64,000 nt of DNA from the human T2T-CHM13v2.0 reference genome, Homo sapiens (GCF_009914755.1 NC_060929.1); one strand, 5' to 3'. Positions 29,546-43,280 are shown, numbered from the stretch's first letter. Notes: generated from the sequence alone by a model not told the origin. Translations and numbers: made by a program.

Positions 29546-31234
29546 TATTCTGTAAACTGGCTTTTCTACTCCCCTTTAGCCTTCTCTTCTTTATTGTATC
29601 CCCACTGTTCTTTGCCAATACATGTGAGTTTGAATGTCATTTTCTCTGGAAATATCATTAACAATTGATACTGTCTCCAGCATAATCTTTTGTTTTGTTT
29701 TGTTCCATTCTGGTACCTCCCCTAAAAAATCGTCAGTACTTAATTTTATTCAGTTCCACTAAAGTTATTTACTTTTAGTATTAGCAAGGGTATCAATGCC
29801 TTGGTGAACATTTCTAAGCCTTGGTTTCTTTACCTAGTACATAAGCATCATGCCTCAAGGATGTGAGGATTTAATGGCAAATGCATTTAGAGTATCAAAG
29901 CTCTGTCTCTTCCCTGCATGCCCCCACCAAGGATAGTCACTGACTAGGTGTCTGAGGACAGGAGATTCCTCAGAAGGAGTTTGGAGAGTAGCTATTGTAC
30001 CCTATAGCTGTGTGTCAAAGCTGGTAAAGCTTTAGACTTAGTCCCAAGTCATTCCTCACTTTAGAGATGAGGGCATTAGCAAACATATTTACCCTCTGGG
30101 CCTGAGACACAGTAAGTGAATCCAGGCCTGGCTACCAATCTCCTGCTTGTATTTTACCCCACTATGCCAGCCTCATGCTCTACCTTCCTTTCATCTGACA
30201 CTGCCTCTTGATCTGAGGGTCTCTGTGATCCATACTCATGACAGTCACTCATAAATATTTTGCTTGAAAAAGTGAATAATTAAATGTTTGATGCAACTCT
30301 GGGTATTACATATTCCTTCCTTTCTCATTCACTGCCAGTTTGCCATTCCAATGTTGCTCTCTGGCTGCTTTATCCCCTCAAAAAGGGAAAAGCTGTTTTA
30401 GAAGGAGGTGTTCAAAACAAGTCTATGAGCTGAAGGGAGGCATTAGGGTATTTCTTTGGGTCCTGTGTGTTCCCTTTCCCACTCCTCAAACAGCAAGCAA
30501 AAAGAAATCCTGCTGATACCTATACTGAACAGCACAGGGTCACTATATTTCCCAAGGCTATTGTTCTTTTTTTCCCTTGGGATAAGGGGGTGTTTTAAGT
30601 GATGAAAGGAAAGCTCACTTCCTTCTATAATTGGGAAACACATGGTATGAACTATTAAAATTCAGTTAGAGCAGTTGGACAGAGCCAGGAACCAGTTCAG
30701 GAAAACATAGATTAAAACAAAGATGTCATTTTCTAGGCACCAAGAGATATTTTCCCAAGCCTAGCACAGTAACTGAGACAAATAGTAGCATCTGAAGAGA
30801 CTGTGCACTTCAACCCACTTTCTAGAAAGGTTAGAAGAACTTAGCAAAGGCTTTAGAGAATGAGGTTAGAGCTTAGAAGTTGAGGCTTAGCCCACAGGGA
30901 ACTCTACTTTGACAGGCCCAGCTGACCTGAAAGAATCTTTCAGGAGCTTCTTATTCCCATCAATTGTTCCTCTTCTAGAATGGAGCTCTGCTGAAGCATG
31001 GGGGCCCCAGTCAAGCCATACATGTTTGCATGAATGAGGGGGACAGGGCAGAGAGAGATCATTCCAGGGAAACAGCAAGATGTGAAGCAGTTTTAATAAA
31101 GCATCCTCAACTAGAAAACCAGAAAACTCATGTTTCTATTATGGCCCTGCCAACCAATAAGCAATGCAACTTAAAGCACCTTTATTCCCCTTTCTTATTC
31201 TGTTTTCATATCTACAATAGAAATGGCTTAGATT

Positions 31235-31590
31235 TATAGTTCTCTCTAATGCGCATCTAAAAGGTATACATTAAAATTACATAAAATGATTTTTAAAATA
31301 CCAGTGAACAGCCACATACCAGATCAACAAAATTTGAATACCAGAGGTAAAGCTGAAGCATTAGAATTTTAAAACTTTTCCCAGGGACAGACAGGCATGA
31401 GAAGCACTGGGGTAGATCATCAGTCTTCAAAACTTGAAATATTTCAGAGTCTACTGAGGAGCTTGACAAAAGCTGAATGTGCTAAGATACCACACTGATT
31501 CAAGAACTGCAGTAAGGACAAATAATTTACACTTTTAATATGTTCTCTGGGGAATTTTTATAGACAATGAAACCTGAACTACCTGGCTAG
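31235..31590. mobile_element. Two adjacent MER5-like hAT relics
   Basis: CATGAGAAGCACTG end; CAGTCTTCAAAACTTG...TTTCAGAGTCTACTGAGGAGCTTG...TGAAACCTGAACTACCTG. Confidence 0.5.
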
Positions 31591-32434
31591 ATGGTCTCTG
31601 AAGACACTTTTAGCTTTTATGAATTATAATTTTTTGGGCTCCTTAACTGGGACAAATTCACAGTGAGGGTACAAAAGTTGACTGCAAGATTCCACTCAAC
31701 CTCAGAGCAACAATGTTGGCTCCAAAGTTTGGAATGGGGTGGAGTTGAGAACCAGTGAGAAGTGCACATGTGAGTGAATGTGTATATGTATTCTGAGAGC
31801 CAGAATAATATAGTAGTTAAGAAATGAGACTCTGGATTCAGATTGTCTGGTTAGATCTGGATTTCCCATTTAACAATTTAGCAAACTTTGGTATTTAAAA
31901 AAATTATCCAAATCTCATTTTTTCTTGTTATCTCTTAAGCAGGGATAATAACAGCGGACACCGTTAAGATATGAGGGAATGAAAGTAAAGAAGTAAAGTG
32001 CCGAACACAATAGCAATGTAATCATAGAGTAAGCCATAGAGTAAAACAATAATGAAACTATTCATCATTATCATTTACACCCCTACGCAGACCAAGTTTT
32101 CTCCCCCTCTGTGCATTTCTAAATGGCCATCCTTTGATAAGTTATAGTACTACCTCCTCCATAAGTACTTCCCTGATTGCTCTGGTATTCATTCGTTCAT
32201 CTCTCCCCATCTTTGACCTACCACAGCATCAGTGGCAACACTGTACACTCAGACTTATGTACTGTTTCATGTGTTATTCCTGTACAATGTTCCATGCACA
32301 AACAGTGAACATGTCTCTCTAACAGAATAACATACTCCTGGCAAGTCTTTGATTTCCCTTGTTTGGAGAGAAGAGAAAGTGAATGAAGAAGAAAAGAGGA
32401 AGGTACTGTAATAAATAACCTGCATTGCTCAAAG

Positions 32435-32971
32435 ACAGATATTATATTTTCCTTTCTAGCATTTATCCTTTGAGAAAACATCCCTTCTCCAGCCTCAGAC
32501 TATGTATATATATTTGGCTGACTTCACTCCGAGCTCCAGGAATGGGATGTAACTCAGGTTGGACCAATTAGCATATACCATTTCCCTGCAACAGTGATGT
32601 GTGTAGCAATAGTCACATGTCCTAAATGTACCCAAGAAGAATAATCCTAAAATTCATGCTAGAAATAATGAGGAAAAAATGACCTATTTCTACAGGGAAT
32701 CCCTATCTGATAGAATGTTGGACTATTGCTGGTTACTGTATTTCCACCATGGAACAAGAGTCTCCCTAACAATAAAGCCATCAGAGAAGAAAGTTAAAGT
32801 TCCTTTGAGACAACATTTGTGACAATACAGAACATGTGACTCCATCTGTACCTGAAGTCAGTATACAACTAAATTTTTCAAATATGGAAGGTAATGAATC
32901 CTCCCCTTTGCTTTGACTTTAGCCAGTTTGAATCAAGTTTCTGTCATGGTGATTAAGTTTTTCACTAATAT
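32435..32971 (+). mobile_element. LTR16-family (ERVL) solo LTR
   Basis: CTCAGGTTGGACCAATTAGCATA, GTACCTGAAGTCAG, AGCCAGTTTGAATCAAGTTTCTGTCA...CTAATATA. Confidence 0.65.
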
Positions 32972-33074
32972 AGGTGGAGGCTAGTCTCCAGAAAAAAAAG
33001 TGAGATGTTAGGTCATCACAATCCAATTCTGTCGTCATCCCATAGATCTCTCAACTAAAGAAAGAAGGAAGGAT

Positions 33075-33236
33075 AGTCACATTTGCTATATACCTATGAT
33101 GTTCTAGGGTTTATATGAGTACTTTACCCACATTATCTCATGAAATACTTCCAATGATTCTGTAATGTGGGCATCATTATTTCTATTTTATAGTAGAACA
33201 AACTAAAGCACAGAAAGTTCAGAAGGCTTTCCCAAG
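33075..33236 (-). mobile_element. MIR split by the L1MB insertion (continues at about 36400-36435)
   Basis: AAACTAAAGCACAGAAAGTT...CCCAAGG, resuming as TACATACAACTAACAGTG after the L1. Confidence 0.6.
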
Positions 33237-36200
33237 GAGGTGACTTAGAGAATGGCAGAGGAAGGACCAGTGAAAATCTGCTCCTTTATAAAAGTAATAA
33301 GGATAAGGACACTGGCAAAAAATGCCAAAAACGGCATTTTTAGAACTCTGGAAATTAACTGAAGACGTGCAACCATCTGAGACGCACTTATTCAAGAAAA
33401 TGGATACATCTTGGTAAGAATAGCAATCTTTGTGATATTTTAACTTGGACTAATCCCACTCCCAAGCTCCCTAGCACAACAGTGGCCTGGAAAACCAACT
33501 TAGTATGGTATATAAACGACAGTAGCTTTGCAAAACAGCAGGATAGCAGCCACTGTAAGGAACACAACAGACTTGGAAACCCTAAAAGTCTCATCCCCAG
33601 AAAATTGTCACTATTCAACCTGTCTGGCAGCTATTACACTGAAAAGCTCTATTCTCAGGGTTTATCTTTATTTGACCTGACTCACAATTCACCTTGTGGT
33701 AAGAACCCTCCAGACAGGAATTTTATTTAAACAATCAGTGATAGTGTTTAATATCACAAATGCCTGAGATGCCCTTAACAGTGTGGCTCACCAGACTCAC
33801 CAAAAAGCTTCAAGGTAAAACTCAGCAAGAAGATGTTCATAGGTGACTTTGAAAAACTCTGACAATCTTGGGGATTTATATTATCATGCATAAACACAGT
33901 GATGTAAACATATCAAGGAAAGACCTGAGAAAGATCTCTGACTGACTGACTTTAAGGCTTTTCACAAGCAGGACGTACATGTTAAGGCAGAGCTGTGGAT
34001 TGCCTGCTGGAGTGCTGAAAGTATACTCCAACAGAAAAAAAAGAACCCCTCAGCAAAGACAGGAAAGTTCATTGGTTTAAGGCATTAAGGTACTATGTTC
34101 ACAAAGCTAGCTGAGCAGAGACTTCAGTGGCCACACATGACAAAGCTACAACACGTTCATGAATTAGTACAGGAAATCACAGCTTGAATATGCAACATCC
34201 TGGGAAGGGAGAGAATCTGATTTCCAGAGCTGCCACATCATTTAAAATGTTCAGTTTCAAAACTAAATTAAGAGACAAAGAAACAAGAAAGTACAGTCTA
34301 TACATGGAAATTTAAAAAGCAGTCAATAGAAACTCTCCTGAAAGATGCCCAAACACTAGACTTGCTAGACTTTAAATTAGCTATTTTAAATGTGATCATA
34401 GAATAAAAGGGAATGATATATAAAAATCTAAAGAAATATAAGAAAATGATTCTCACCAAATAAAGAATATCAACAAAGAGATGGATTATTATGAATAAAA
34501 ATTCTAGATTTAAAAAGAAAAATAATGGAAAGAAAAAAATTCACTAGAGGGACTCAACGTAGATTTGACATTGTATAAAAAAGAATCAATAATTTTGTAT
34601 TTAGAAAATCCTAAGGAATCAATAAAAAATGCTAATAATTATGTTCAGCAAGGTTTCAGGTTACAACAGCATTCAAACATAAATTATATTTTATATTATA
34701 AAAAAATCTGAAAAATAAGACTCAGCATTCAATTTCTTTTATAATGACATCCAAGGATACAATATTTAGGAATAAATTTAATAAAAGTGTAAAACTTCTA
34801 CATGAAAACAATAAAACATCATTAAATGGAATTTTAAAAGACCTAAGTAAATGAAAAGACATCTCATGTTCATGCATCAGGAAATTTAATGGGGTTAAGA
34901 TGGTAATACTCCCCAAAGTGATCTATAGATTCAATGTAACCCTACCAAAACTCTGTTTTCTGTAGGGGGGGCCCTGGGGCAAAAATTGATAAAGTGATGA
35001 CGATAAAATTTATATGGAAATGCAAGGGATCCCAAAGAGAAAAAAAAATCTTAAAAGTAAAGATCAAAGTTGGAGAACTCACACTTTCCAATGTCAAATC
35101 TTACTCTACATATAATCAGTTGATTTTTGACAAGAGTGCTAAAACGATGGTGAAATACAGTCCTTTCAACAAATGGTGCTAGCAGAACTAGTCTGTCACA
35201 TGTGAAAGAACAAAGTTTGCACCCCTTCCTCATCCCTCCACACAAATTAACTCAAAATAAATCATAGGCCTAAATATAAACACTAAAATTATAAAACTAT
35301 TAGATGAAAATGTAAGTAAATCTTCATGCATTAGATTAGGCACAAGCAACAAAAAGAACTAATAGATACGTTGGGCTTCATCAAAAAATTTTTTCTAAAA
35401 AACTTTTTGCTTCAGAGAATGTCATCAAGAAAGTGATAAAAAAAACCAACATATAGAATGAGGGAGAATATTCACAAATCATATATCTAATGAGAGACTT
35501 TCATCTAAAATATGTATATATAAAAATTTGCAACTTAATAACAAAAAGACAAACAACTAAATTTAAGAACAGGCAAAAGATAAATAGACATTTCTCCAAG
35601 AAGCACAAGAAAAGATGTTCAGTGTCATTAGTTACTAGGGAAATGCAAATCAAAACTACAATGAGATATCATTTCATACCCACTAGGAAGGCTATAATGA
35701 TAAAGATAACACAATGGGAAAAAAAACAAGTGTTGGTGAGGATTTGAAGAAATAGGAACTGTCATCCATTGCTAGTGGGGATCTAAAATGATGCAATCAC
35801 TTTGTTTACCATGCCTCAAACAATTAAACAGTTACCACATGACCCAAAAATTTTGTGTGCGCTCAAAGGGATTGAAAATGTATCTACACAAAAACTTGCA
35901 CACATATTTATACCAGCATTATACGTAACTGCCAAAGAGTGAAAACAATCCAAATGTCCATCATTTGATGAGTTGATAACCAAAATGTGGTATTCATACA
36001 ATCAAACATTATTCTGCTGTATAAAGAAATGATGTATTAATACATACTACAAAATAAATGGACCTTGGAAATATGGTAAGTGAAAGAATCCAGACACAAA
36101 GGCCAGGTTTTTGTTTTTTTTTTAATTCCACTTACATGAAATGTCCAGAATAAACAAATCTCCACAGATTAGTGGTTGCCAGGGGCAGGGATGGAGGAGA

Positions 36201-36385
36201 AGGAATGGTAAGTTGCCACTAATAAATAGGGGTTCCTTTCCTGAGGTGGTAAAAATAGTCTAGCAAGAGATGGTGTTAATGAGTGAATATCTGAGTATTT
36301 TAATGACCACTGAATTATATACTTAAAAACGGTGAACTTTATGGTACACGAATTGTATCTCCATTAGGCTGTGTTTTTAAAACCT
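33237..36385 (+). mobile_element. Old L1 (L1MB7/8-like) with 5' end, large internal deletion and 3' end
   Basis: L1M-type 5'UTR, early ORF1, jump at about 34597 into late ORF2 (TAGAAAATCCTAAGGAATC), ORF2 peptide [14 protein letters not shown]1MB 3'UTR; TSD AAGGCTTTCCCAAG (33223-33236) / AAGACTTTCTCAAG (36386-36399). Confidence 0.8.
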
Positions 36386-37840
36386 AAGACTTTCTCAAGT
36401 ACATACAACTAACAGTGAAGATTAACCATAGATTTGGAATAATTTTATAGTAATTTTAAATCCTATTATTTGTTGTAGCGTAGTACTTCCTAACTTCTGC
36501 CTAGGGGACTTCGGGTAGGATAAAATATTTAGCAGTGTGGTCATCCTATACTCTACTTGCAGCCTTCATGGACTTCTGGAGAAAATGGCATTTTATGGAG
36601 GACAGGAGCCTCAGAGAATTATAAAAGATGCTCAGAATTTCCAGACCCTGCTTGCACAGCAGGAGGGAGAGGATATGGCTCATGCAAGGCTACACTTTCC
36701 CACTGAGAAGTTAAGAAACTTCAGAACACAGTGCATAATCAGAATTGGTTGTAAAAAATTAGGGTTGAGAAAATCAGAAAAGAGCAATAAGCTTCTCTTA
36801 TTCAAATACTGAAGGTCAAGTCATGCCCTCGTACTGTCGGATGGCAGGAGAAAAAAAAAAAAGGATAAAAGCCGTACGACTGGGGGCAAAATATCTAGTG
36901 TTTCTTGGTTGCTTTCTTAAAGTGAAGTTTTTTTCATTGAAAAAGCAAGAATATTAGCCATTGTTAATTTTTTTAAAGGAAGGTGAGAAGTCTGACGGCT
37001 CAGGGTAGAAAGAATAAGAGGTGCAGAGAACTAGTAATTACTGCTATCTGGAGACAAAGCCATGTGTGTGTGCGCACACACACTTTTGTGTTCGCCATTC
37101 TCTGGTATTCAGTTCATAATTTAATTTCTTCCTTCCTGCCAACAGAGGCAGCTTTCTCCTGTGACACTGGCAAAGCGAAGTTGCAAAACAGAAAAGACAT
37201 CAAAGTTCACTGCAGGGTGGAAATTTACCAACTGCATAGATGTAGCTTCCACGGTGAAGAATGTCTTAGTTTTATCAAAAGTAGTAAGTACTTGTGTTTT
37301 GGAGGTATATAATTTATTTTTCTCTTAAGCCCACATTCTTTTACTTCCTCTACTGTCCATGTTCTTCTGTTTAGCCAATGGATGCGTGAATAAATGTTTC
37401 TAGCCATAGATTTGATGCCAGTTTTAGAAGTTTTGAAGGCAGAGCTATGTCTAGAACATGGTCATGAACCACAGTGGGGGGAAAAAAAGGAAAGGTCAAA
37501 GGGAAGCATGGACAAATACCACGCAAGTTAACACAATGTTCTCACAGAAGAGTACTTCACTCTGAGGCTTCTTCCTACACTTAGTTTAGATATAACACGT
37601 ATGGCTGTTTGACAGTAGTCATGTAAAAGTGAAAGGGACCATACTAGAAGCCAGTGTGGAACTTTGCCCACCTCTTGAGTCTTGCAGAATGAAGCCAGAA
37701 TTAGATTTCTATCACCTATTAGCTGTGTCATCTTAGGACCATTTCTCAAACTCCTTAAGGATCAGTTTTCTCAAATATAAAGTAACGATAATGGCACTTG
37801 ACTATTTTTTAAGAATTTGTGAAAATTAGAGAATAAATGA

Positions 37841-37842
<2 letters not shown>

Positions 37843-37876
<34 letters not shown>
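37843..37876. repeat. (AC)17 microsatellite inside a MIR (about 37640-37940)
   Basis: Read directly; MIR core TTAGCTGTGTCATCTTAGG...CAGTTTTCTCA upstream. Confidence 0.95.
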
Positions 37877-37878
<2 letters not shown>

Positions 37879-38311
37879 CTAGTATAGCTTTGAGAACCGG
37901 GAGGTATTCGACACAGGGATAAACCACGGTCATTATCATTCTAATTTAGTGAAATTCATGCTTTTAACAAGAAGTAATAGAACACTTTCTATGAAGATAT
38001 CCAAGATACAAAAGACAAACCACATCAAACTGTTTAAAATACGGTGGCAGAGAACATAAATGGCCAAGAGCCTCCTCATTGAACCATTAGGTCCCTATTC
38101 AATATGGTACCTGATGAGTTTGAAAACCACACACCTTCACATCCAGCATCCTTTTTCAACTGAGGATCCCAGAAACAAGAGGAAGAAAACCACTTTGACA
38201 AGATTACACAGCCTATTTGTTGGCAAAGTCATTAGTAAAACTCAGTTCTCATGACTCCCAGTCCAGTCTCCTGTCTCCTACGTTGCAAGGTTTCCTCAAT
38301 CCATTTTTCAC

Positions 38312-39167
38312 TTTTATTTTTTTTTATTTTACTTTAAGTAAAAGTGCAGAACATGTAGGTTTGTTACATAGGTATACATGCGCCGTAGTGGTTTGCTGCA
38401 CCTATCAACCCATCATCTGGGTTTTAAGCCCTGCATGCATTAGCTATTTGTCTTAATGTTCTCCCTCCCCTTACCCCACCCTCTGACTGTGTGTGATGTT
38501 CCCCTCCCTGTGTCCATGTGTTCTCATTGTTCAACTCCCACTTATGAGTGAGAACATGCATTGTTTGGTTTTCTGTGCCTTTGTTAGTTTGCTGAGGATG
38601 ATGGCTTCCAGCTTCATCCACGTCCCTGCAAAGAACATGATGTCATTCCCTTTTATGGTTGCATAGTATTCCATGGTGTATATATTCCACATTTCTTTAT
38701 CCAGTCTATCACTGATGGGCATTTGGGTTGGTTTCATGTCTTTGCTATTGTAAATAGTGTTGCAATAAACATACGAGTGCATGTGTCTTTATAGTAAAAT
38801 GATTTATACTCCTTTGGGTATATACCCAGTAATGGGATTGCTGGGTTGAATGGTATTTGCCTTTAGGTCTTTGAGGAATTGCCGCACTGTCTTCCACAAT
38901 GGTTGAACTAATTTACATTCCCACCGACAGTGTAAAAGTGTTCCTATTTCTCCACAGCCCCACCAGCAACTATTATTTCTTGACTTTTTACTAATCACCA
39001 TTCTGCCTGGCATGAGATGGTATCTCATTGTGGTTTTGATTTGCATTTCTCTAATGATCAGTAATGCTGAGCTTTTTTTTCATGTTTATTGGCCGCATGA
39101 ATGTCTTCTGAGAAGTGTCTGTTCATATCCTTTGGCCACTTTTTGATGGGTTGTTTTTTTCTTGTAA
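38312..39167 (-). mobile_element. 5'-truncated L1PA7/8-type element
   Basis: Poly(T) tail at left, 3'UTR with GCATGCAGGGCTTAAAACCCAGATGATGGGTTGATAGG, ORF2 C-terminal peptides; approximate TSD TCA(C)TTTTATTTTT. Confidence 0.9.
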
Positions 39168-40195
39168 TCATTTATTTTTATAGTTAACAGTGACACTAAG
39201 AGTTTACAGGAGAAACTCAATTGTTAGAAATAGATATTTGGAGCATAGGAATATATAACAAGGCATAGTGAAGGAAGAGATAGGGAAACTAAAAAGATAA
39301 AAGAAATTAATCTGTACTGCCACTGAGGAAAATTTAACTTAAGAACAAACAGAGCTACTCAATTGTGCAGGGACACATATTTCTTATGAGAACTTTAGTT
39401 TGCAGGAGTTTTTCAAAAGTTGTGTGATAAATTCCACGCAAAAAGTTAGGGAAGTCTCAAATGTGTTATGCAAGGGCATATATCCCAAATGGGTAAAGTT
39501 TAAAAAAAAAAAAAAAGTTTGACATTTAAAGGGTAAGCTTCAGTAACCTGGAAAATTCACTTTTTATCAAATACTACATGCCTCAACAGTATTAGTTCAT
39601 TAGTGAACTTTTTCTATTTGTGTCAAGATATTTATCAATAACTTTTTATCAAATAATTCCCATGGTTTGAGAAGATAAGAACTCCAAAGCACATATACAT
39701 GGTTAAAAGGAAGAAAAACTGCATGAAAGGACAAATGAGGAGAGAAAAGTCTTTGTTTTTCATAAATGCTGGGTTTATATGTATCTATAATAACTCTTGC
39801 TATCAAATGTCCTTCGCTATTCCTCAATACCTAACCAAACATAATAATCACCTCCTTCACAGCATAGTCTCCAGCTACTCCTAGCCCACAATGACCTCTC
39901 TATCTATTCTACTCATGCCTTGTAACATTTCTTAAATTGTCGATTTTGTTCTATATTCAAATTGTGGATCGTTTATTAATATCTCATGCAAGTATCATAC
40001 GTATGCAGTTAAATTAGCAATCATTTCAATAAAGATACAAAGTTTGATATTTCATTATGTAAACCAGAGCACATAATACTCTCTGAATTTGTCGAATAAA
40101 TAAATGTGTGAATAAATTAATTTAGGAGCACTGTTCAATACATTGGGCAAAAGCAACCCTAGTCTAATGAATGCTCAAAAAGTTTACATGAGGAT

Positions 40196-40412
40196 TAAAT
40201 TAATATAATTAATTTAATGTACACAAATTAATATAATTTAATGTACACAAATTAATATAATTAATGTACATTAGATCATTATAATCGATTTAATGCACAT
40301 TAAATTAATATAATTATATTATATTAATTAAATTAATTAATTAATTAAAATAATTAATTAGTAAATTAAATTAATACAAAAATATTAATTTACTGTGTAT
40401 TAAATTAATATA
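40196..40412. repeat. AT-rich self-complementary minisatellite
   Basis: Units like AAATTAATATAAT(T)TAATGTACAC and a (TTAA)n run; almost entirely A/T. Confidence 0.9.
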
Positions 40413-40764
40413 CATTTTCAATTATGAGATGCTAGCTTATTTTATGAGATCTTTGCATGCTGTAATGGAGGAGAAAAAAAGGAACTAATAATAAGTATTG
40501 AGCTCTTGACCAAGTCAGCCACCGACTAAATTTTGAGCAGATCATATCACATCCAGGCCTAAGTTTCTCCATCAGTTAAGTAAGCAGGCTGGATTAGAAT
40601 CTTTCACAATATTTGATTTATGACGCAATGGGAATGGGAAATGACTAGCCATTCCCTTGCCAGGTAGAAAAAGGTCCCAGTTTGTTAGTTTGATTTAGAA
40701 GCCAATGATTCCAAACCCAATAACTCTTCAGAATTACTTATGAAATTTCAAAACTATAAAAATA

Positions 40765-41520
40765 TAGGTTGGAGCTCATAATATTCCTATTCATTTGTAT
40801 TCCACATTTTGAAAACTACCAGGGTTATACTCTAAACTCAGTGCTTTTCTTATACTTAGCACTTTTCTTGTACTTAGAGACCAGGATAGAAATGTGTACA
40901 GTGAATAGCTCTATACTAATAGACATAAATGGACACAACATAATACACTGATAAAAGCATAGACTTTGATAGCAGGAAGGCTTAGTATAATAAGGAAGAT
41001 TTTCTAGGAAACCTGAAAAAGAAGAGAGATGGTTGGTGGGTGAGTGGGGTGGGGTGGGGGAGGTAGTCATGCAAGAGATTAAAACCCATTCCAAAGACTC
41101 AATCATTTAGATTATACTGGCACATGAATAGATGGAAACACTCATAGAAAAGTGTATAAAATTTCAAGTTATGCATCAAACATAGGAAAGTTTAGTATAA
41201 AGTATCTATTTCTAATGAGCAAGCTAAAGATATACTCTTAAATAAATGATACTGAGGAAAACAGATACCTTTGGAAAAAAGATAAAGTAGGATCCTTATG
41301 TCACATCATACAGCAAGGAAAACTCCACATAGATTAAAGGTCACAATGTAAAAGGCCGGGGTACAGGGGGAGGTGGTGAGGAATCTATATTAAGTACTTG
41401 AAGAAAATGTGGAACACACTTTAAAACACTGATTTTGATACTTTAAAATCTGAGTGAAGAAAGCCTTTATAATAAAGATTCAAAATATAGACTCCATGTA
41501 TAAAAGATTTGTGAGTTGTA
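40765..41520 (+). mobile_element. Old L1M ORF2 3' fragment
   Basis: ATACTGGCACATGAATAGA...AAATAAATGATACTGAGGAAAAC...ATAGATTAAAG...GAAGAAAATGT. Confidence 0.55.
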
Positions 41521-41544
41521 ATATATATATATGTAAATAAAAAA

Positions 41545-41766
41545 TACGTACCACATTTTTTTTGTCCAGTTCACCATTAATCCACATTCAGGTTGATTCC
41601 ATGACTTTGCTATTGTGAATAGTGCTGTGATGAACCTACGCATATGTGTGTCTTTGCAGTAAAGCAATTTATATTTCTTTGGGCATATACCCAACAATGG
41701 GATTGTTGGGTTGAAAGGTACTTCCTTTTTAAGCTCTTTGAGAAACTGCCAGGCTACTTTCCACAA
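41545..41766 (-). mobile_element. Internal fragment of an older L1PA (L1PA13-16-like), no 3'UTR or tail
   Basis: Peptide LWKVAWQFLKELKKEVPFNPTIPLLGICPK...WTKKMWY; ends next to a (TA)n tract. Confidence 0.8.
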
Positions 41767-43280
41767 TAACAAAAAAGTGCTTGATAAAATGGATAGGGAC
41801 ATGTCAAAGGGAACCAATCCGAAAGACCTTCCAATGGTCCAAGCTGGAACAATATGAACAGTAAAATAAATGATTAAGGCCCAACAAATATTCCTAAGTC
41901 TATGCTGACATAAAATAGAATAAAGAATAAAAGGAAGAAAATCTTACAGAATTCCAAATACAAATCAATGTAAACGGATAATGCAAAATAGAAAATCAAC
42001 ACAAAAACACCACAGTGATAATTATTGTAGGCAAGAATCCCAGAGGAATGCAAAAATTGTATGTAAAACTTGAAGAATAAACAGTGTATTTGCATAATTC
42101 CTAAGTATCTACCTTCAAGTATTTATTAATAACTTTTTCTCTAAATTTCTAAAACACACCTATGACTATTTAAAACAAAAATTATGACATTGTATTGTGG
42201 TATTTCTAAGTGGGAGATGTAAAATTTATCATAGTAGCATAAGGAATAAAATGAGATAAATGAAACTGCTCTGTGGCAAGGTTTTTATATTTTACATGTA
42301 TTAAGACGGTACAGAATTAACTCTAGATTTTGTTGAGATGTTAAAGATTCTTAATGTAATTCCTGCAGCAACTGCTAAAAAATGCAAGAAAGTGTAACTT
42401 AAATGCTAATAAAGGAGAATTAATATATTTTATAGTCATAATAGCCCAAAGCAGGAAACAACCCGAATATCTATCAACAAGAAAATGAATGAACAAATTG
42501 GATAGCATTTATACAACAGAATACACCTCAGAAATAATAATAAAAAAAAACGAATGAGGGACACACCCTGGATAAATCTCATAAACCAGTTAAATGAGAA
42601 AAGCTAGACATTAAAATGTATACATTTATATATTGTATTATTTCAGGCAAAATAAATGTATGGTGAAAAAAAATTAACACAGAAATAGCCTCTTGTATTT
42701 TGCCTGGGATAAAAGACAAGTGAATTTTCTGAGGATGACGAAAGTATTCTGTTTTTAGAAGGGTGAAGATTATATGGATTTGTCAAAAATGTACAGTTAA
42801 GATTCGTGCCTTTCAATGTATGTACATCTTACCTCATGAAAAAAGAACTAAAAAAAATAAGTGGGCATGGAGAATGCGTTAAAGTATAGATTAAGCAAAA
42901 ATGGCACATAATTAGTTGTCGAAGCTAAGTAACGAGACTATTATACTATTTTATTTCTATATGCTTAAAAATTTTGTAGTCAAACACTTGTATAAATAGA
43001 CAAAATTGGTCTACAATGTTAACCTGGTTATCTTTGGAAAGGGAGGGCGGGAAAAAGTTATTGTCTAGGCATTATTGAAGATAATTCTATTTCTCAGTTA
43101 CATAAATAAATTCTCTATTATAATCCATCAAGCCTTAAATGAAGTTTCTGTGTGTATTTCTGTATACATGTTGTAGATCAATAAAAAATTAATTATATAT
43201 GTGTACAAAAATCCTAAAAAAAAATTCCAATTTATATCATAGATCCAAAGATAGTCTCTAGTATATAAAGAGCAACCAGA
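41767..43280 (+). mobile_element. Mosaic of old L1MC/L1ME fragments
   Basis: L1MC4-like AAGCTGGAACAAT...GCAGGAAACAACCCGAATATCTATCAACAAGAAAATGAATGAACAAAT and 3'UTR-like tracts. Confidence 0.55.
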
